From assembly GCA_964408285.1 (NCBI GenBank), contig CAYOYV010000025.1, forward strand, positions 1-10,457: 10,457 nucleotides of DNA, read 5' to 3'. This document shows, one piece after another, positions 7,081 through 10,457 of this stretch. This DNA is from an uncultured Nitrososphaerota archaeon (GTDB taxonomy: Archaea > Thermoproteota > EX4484-205 > JAAOZO01). Position 1 is the stretch's first letter. The number at the start of each line of letters is the position of its first letter. The notes below the pieces were generated by a model. It was given only the letters and a program-made list of their open reading frames with translations, was not told the DNA's origin and made no database searches. A program made the position numbers and the translations under genes.

Positions 7081-8299
7081 AGGACGGGAGTTCTATTACC
7101 CTCATCTTGTATGAGTCGGCCAGTTCCCTTGCGTTCGGCGCGAGCGTTGGTTTCACGACAAGTGATGCGCTTTCTACTTGGAGCTGAACGTCGATCTGCT
7201 TGGCGAAGAATTTTATTATTGGGATCACTGTCACTTCGGATTTGTTGAAGACAAGATCGATGACCATTGGCTTCATCCCTTCCTTGTAGGCTGCAAGATC
7301 AAACTGATGGACAGCGCCTGACTTCCCCACGATTCTTATGTTCTCCTTCAGCTCGAATCCGATTATTGAAAGGGAACTCTCTATCTGCTTCTTCAATATC
7401 AGCTGCTCCCTATTGGCTGCATCTGATTCCCGAAGTTCGAGAGGCACCAGCCCTGTCAGGGTTTCTGGAGTCCTTCTTATCTCGTTGAAAAGTCCCTCCA
7501 TGGTTTGGACAAGAGTCTGGCTGTTTGTCCAGAGCGCGGTTGCTTCCCTCCTCGAAACGGCACTCGCGCCGGGCGACTTGGTGAACATCAGTAGCTCCTG
7601 AACATCGACAATCACGAAATGGGGGGTGAAGAGAGTGAGGGGCTTGATTTGCTGCGCATCAACGTACTTTCTGAGGCGAGACAGGATTTCCGACGTTCTG
7701 GCAGAGATATCCGCTACCATCTGAATTCTGACTTTCCTTTCATGAAGGCCACTCAGACCACGGAACATGCCCAACTGATATGCCCTGGCCAAATCCAAAC
7801 CAAAGGCCACAACATCAACCCGCTCCTTTGCCCGCTTCAACATCTCAGAGAATCGCGCGTATATCTGCTCTGCTCCCTTTAGGGATTGGAGCCTTTCCTT
7901 TTCCTCTAGAAGCGAAGGAATCTGCAGCGATCCCCACTTCTTCAGGAGCTCCTCCTTTTCCCTTTCCATGATCGATATCCTGTTCCTTTCAGCATCTATC
8001 AGCATGCTCAGAGCATTCTCCAGGGCCATCGCAGAGAATTTGGCTGGTCGATCAACACTTGCCTCGATCACACCCTTGTTCTGAAGGGTTGACAGCATGT
8101 TGTAGACTTCAGTTCTTAGAATCCCAATGGACCTTGCTATCTCACTTGCAGTCATGGGTCCGAACCTCGATATCTGTAGGAATACCTTCGTCTCATTTGG
8201 CGTCAGACCGTATTCTTGGAGTCTTTCCGACACGCTCTCCAGATCTGAAGCCTCCTCCCTGACCTCTGGATCGTGGCGAGCCTCCCTCTTGTCTGTCAT
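7079..8299 (-). CDS. TrmB-family transcriptional regulator (wHTH + PLD-like effector domain) with C-terminal degenerate PD-(D/E)XK/Mrr-like domain, 406 aa
   Basis: The N-terminal LQEYGLTPNETKVFLQI...TASEIARSIGILRTEVYNMLSTLQNKGVIE...RPAKFSA is a typical TrmB wHTH, followed by a coiled coil. The middle region EMLKRAKERVDV...RKVRIQMV...HFVIVDVQELL...ALWTNS...FNE is the TrmB effector/PLD-like fold. The C-terminal GF...IVGKSGAVHQFDLAA...VIDL...ARELADSYKMRVIE is restriction-endonuclease-like. Confidence 0.9.
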   Translation of the reverse strand: MTDKREARHDPEVREEASDLESVSERLQEYGLTPNETKVFLQISRFGPMTASEIARSIGILRTEVYNMLSTLQNKGVIEASVDRPAKFSAMALENALSMLIDAERNRISIMEREKEELLKKWGSLQIPSLLEEKERLQSLKGAEQIYARFSEMLKRAKERVDVVAFGLDLARAYQLGMFRGLSGLHERKVRIQMVADISARTSEILSRLRKYVDAQQIKPLTLFTPHFVIVDVQELLMFTKSPGASAVSRREATALWTNSQTLVQTMEGLFNEIRRTPETLTGLVPLELRESDAANREQLILKKQIESSLSIIGFELKENIRIVGKSGAVHQFDLAAYKEGMKPMVIDLVFNKSEVTVIPIIKFFAKQIDVQLQVESASLVVKPTLAPNARELADSYKMRVIELPS

Positions 8300-8308
8300 C
8301 CTCTCAAC

Positions 8309-8318
8309 AAGCCGGCTT
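8309..8318. promoter_or_regulatory. Perfect 10-bp palindrome AAGCCGGCTT, candidate operator
   Basis: Exact palindrome with imperfect flanks (TCAAC...TGATGA) inside the 63-bp divergent intergenic region next to a regulator gene. Confidence 0.35.
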
Positions 8319-8334
8319 TGATGAAGACTCGAGG

Positions 8335-8349
8335 TTTTATTAGTTTTGG
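8335..8349. promoter_or_regulatory. Putative archaeal BRE/TATA element, possibly bidirectional
   Basis: The only strongly AT-rich tract in the intergenic region. The minus strand reads CCAAAAC-TAATAAAA (BRE-like + TATA-like), ending about 35 nt before the regulator ATG. The plus strand reads TTTTATTA (8335-8342), centred about 25 nt before ATG 8363, which fits a leaderless mRNA. Confidence 0.5.
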
Positions 8350-8362
8350 GTCAGGCGGCGAT

Positions 8363-9727
8363 ATGCACAGACGGATAGCAGTCCCATTCGTGTCTATTAC
8401 CACGTTGCTGGTTCTGGCTCTTCTAATATCCGTGGACAGTGGGATCGCCATTCTGGACGGGTATGATTTGCTTATCATAGGTCCGCAATCCTGCAGTTCG
8501 GCAATCCAGAGGTTCGTGGACTTCAAAGAAAGTCAGGGCACAATCGCACGCTATTTCTCAGTGCAGTCAGTAGAACAAACCCGGGAAGAGCCTGACCTTG
8601 TTTCCAAGATCCATGGCTTCGTCTCGGCCCAAATCCGTGATTCGGGTATCAAGTATCTGATATTGATCGGGACGTACGATGAATTGCCGACAAGATATGT
8701 ATACTCCCCAAGCGACGAGATGGGACTTGCCGACTTCAACTGCAAGCCAACTGATTGGTACTATGCTGTTCCGAATTGGAGCGATTCAGACATAGGTCTA
8801 TTGGGAGCCAACATGCCAATGATTGCAGTTGGAAGAATCCCTGTCAAGAGCGAACGAGAACTAGATGGAATCGTTTCAAAGATAATCAGCATCGAGAGCC
8901 GTGCATCTGCTATTGAGCTGGTCATGTTCGGCGATCAGAGAATGCTGCCAGAAACACTTTCATATGAACCGATGGTTCAACGTGGACTGGAGATTCCCCA
9001 GACATCGGGCGGGCTACGCCAGCTGCTGGGCAGGACCACTGGGTATGTTACCAGCTACACTCATGGAACTCCTCAGGCACTGTGGACAAGGGACTCGAAT
9101 GGAGATTGGATTCCCACCCTAACAACCGAGGATGCAGGTGGATTGGATGAAGCATATGGTATCCATTTTCTGGTTGCCTGTTTTGCGGGAGCAATTGACA
9201 TGGGGAACGAGAGTCTTGCTCGGGCACTCCTATTGTCCTCCGGCGGACCAGCTCTAGTCATAGCAAGCGCAAGGTCAGATCAATGTGACTCCCCAATCCC
9301 AGCCCTCTTTTGGGAGAGGTTCTCGAGATCTGGTGATGTCGGCGGATCCCTCGTTCAATCGATTCGTGATTATCTTCTCGATCCAAGCTTCTTTACGCCT
9401 CAGAATCCTATGTTCCAGAGATACAACCTGTATCTCACCAAGGTCGCATACGGTGATGTATCTTGGAGATTACCTGATCGCGTCCGTGCCAGTATCTTGG
9501 CTTCGTGGGAGTCTTCCAGAGAGCTCTGCAACGTGGGCGAGTTCGCCGAGACAAAGGAGAGCACGCGTCTGATGTCTGAGAGAGACAGCCAATCTAAATC
9601 GTCTTGCCATCTGGTTTCGATAGACCCCTCGCGGGCGCTTGGGCTCGTCTTCCTAGTTGTAAGTTCAGGATTGGCGGCAAGGAGGTCGCACGAGACGGCA
9701 GAACAGCGGCCTTCTGGAGCCAGATGA
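8363..9727 (+). CDS. Peptidase family C25 (gingipain-like, clan CD) cysteine peptidase, exported, with possible C-terminal membrane anchor, 454 aa
   Basis: The start is moved to ATG 8363, which removes the overlap with the divergent gene and exposes a signal peptide (MHRRIAVPFVSITTLLVLALLISVDSGIA). C25 motifs: YDLLIIGP, FVDFKESQG, KYLILIG...LP, PTDWYYA, IAVGRIP, catalytic YTHG (His at 9062-9064), VACFAG (Cys at 9179-9181), ESLARALL...GG and YGDVS. The C-terminus carries a hydrophobic ALGLVFLVVSSGLAA-RR segment. Confidence 0.85.
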   Translation: MHRRIAVPFVSITTLLVLALLISVDSGIAILDGYDLLIIGPQSCSSAIQRFVDFKESQGTIARYFSVQSVEQTREEPDLVSKIHGFVSAQIRDSGIKYLILIGTYDELPTRYVYSPSDEMGLADFNCKPTDWYYAVPNWSDSDIGLLGANMPMIAVGRIPVKSERELDGIVSKIISIESRASAIELVMFGDQRMLPETLSYEPMVQRGLEIPQTSGGLRQLLGRTTGYVTSYTHGTPQALWTRDSNGDWIPTLTTEDAGGLDEAYGIHFLVACFAGAIDMGNESLARALLLSSGGPALVIASARSDQCDSPIPALFWERFSRSGDVGGSLVQSIRDYLLDPSFFTPQNPMFQRYNLYLTKVAYGDVSWRLPDRVRASILASWESSRELCNVGEFAETKESTRLMSERDSQSKSSCHLVSIDPSRALGLVFLVVSSGLAARRSHETAEQRPSGAR

Positions 9728-9877
9728 AGGACTCTCCTCGAATGTGAGGCCAGCCAGAGAGCAAAACAGTCCAAAATCTGACTGGCGATGTTTCGGAACG
9801 TGGATTGGGTTTTGGCGCCCGGAAAGCCTCTTGGATTGATATTTGGCTTAAATGCGTTGCGCATCGGGCGTGCTGTT

Positions 9878-9909
9878 TGTATGTAAAATGAATAACATTG
9901 AGTTTTATC
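9878..9909 (+). promoter_or_regulatory. AT-rich putative promoter region of the downstream regulator
   Basis: TGTATGTAAAATGAATAACATTGAGTTTTATC is an AT-rich tract about 35-65 nt upstream of ATG 9943. The exact TATA box cannot be assigned. Confidence 0.3.
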
Positions 9910-9942
9910 GAGAATTCCTGCCGGACATGCTCGAGTTCTAAG

Positions 9943-10457
9943 ATGGGAAAGGCAGAGGAGGTGGTCTCATTTCTACCAACATTGCGGTCGCGCGCATCAT
10001 TCGGTGGTCTGCATCGCAGATTCTATTCGATGGACAGCAAGGACCTTGAGATCCTAGCCGAAATCCACAGACATGGTCCCGGCAACATAACGGCCATAGC
10101 CCGCGAAATGAATGTGGCCACGTCTACTGTCTCGAGGAGGCTTACCAATCTCGCAAAGAGTGTACAGCTTCGGATCCTGACCAATCTGGCATATCACAAA
10201 CTTGGAATTAGGAGAACATTGTTGGAAATAGAACCGTCGGTGGCCGATGAATCTGAAGCCATGAAGAGAGTTTTTTCGCTCAACTACTGGTTCCAGTGCT
10301 ACAAGATATTGGGGAGGCGCGGATACTCCGTGGGCTTCAAGATACCTTTTGCGCTCTATTCGACATATGAATCCATCTTCAGGGGTCTTCAGGAGGTGCT
10401 ATCCCTCAAAATGACCATCCACCCTCTCGGAGACATAGTCGGGACGGGGCCATCCTT
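9943..10457 (+). CDS. Winged-HTH Lrp/AsnC-like transcriptional regulator, 3'-truncated (not in ORF track)
   Basis: Manual translation shows the frame open after TGA 9889-9891 to the window end. Candidate starts are ATG 9943, GTG 9961 and ATG 10030. From 10030 it reads MDSKDLEILAEIHRHGPGNITAIAREMNVATSTVSRRLTNLAKSVQLRILTNLAYHKLGIRRTLLEIEP..., matching the Lrp/AsnC pattern D..D..IL..l......s...iA..l.vs.sTV..Rl..L...i....dy.kLG. Confidence 0.85.
   Translation, partial: MGKAEEVVSFLPTLRSRASFGGLHRRFYSMDSKDLEILAEIHRHGPGNITAIAREMNVATSTVSRRLTNLAKSVQLRILTNLAYHKLGIRRTLLEIEPSVADESEAMKRVFSLNYWFQCYKILGRRGYSVGFKIPFALYSTYESIFRGLQEVLSLKMTIHPLGDIVGTGPS

Noticed and set aside
8273-8362. 30-aa N-terminal extension of the peptidase ORF (GTG 8273 or ATG 8321)
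   Set aside because: It overlaps the divergent gene and/or the promoter tract. ATG 8363 gives a clean signal peptide.
249-9572. Remaining short ORFs (60-110 aa) in the ORF track
   Set aside because: All are nested in or largely overlap well-supported genes and lack protein-like features.
9400-9864. 154-aa minus-strand ORF
   Set aside because: Mostly antisense to the peptidase, with no recognisable domain.
9728-9942. Possible tRNA, ncRNA or CRISPR in the 215-bp intergenic region
   Set aside because: No cloverleaf or T-loop motif, no direct repeats and no strong stem were seen.

Overview
Archaeal-looking genomic window (inferred from a TrmB-family regulator, an archaeal-type Lrp/AsnC-like regulator and a BRE/TATA-like element; a TACK-type lineage such as Bathyarchaeia is a guess). 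It holds four genes. (1) A 5'-truncated giant surface protein of over 2300 aa: an unrecognised N-terminal domain, a Ca-binding SdrD B-like domain, about 23 shuffled beta-rich modules of 75-95 aa and a three-helix membrane anchor. (2) A convergent TrmB-family regulator fused to a degenerate PD-(D/E)XK/Mrr-like domain. (3) A divergently transcribed, exported and probably membrane-tethered C25 (gingipain-family) cysteine peptidase. (4) A 3'-truncated wHTH Lrp/AsnC-like regulator that the ORF track misses. No RNA genes, CRISPR arrays or mobile elements were seen. The most interesting hypothesis is a regulated adhesin plus processing/shedding protease module; this rests on adjacency alone. All family calls come from motif recognition by eye, not from database searches.
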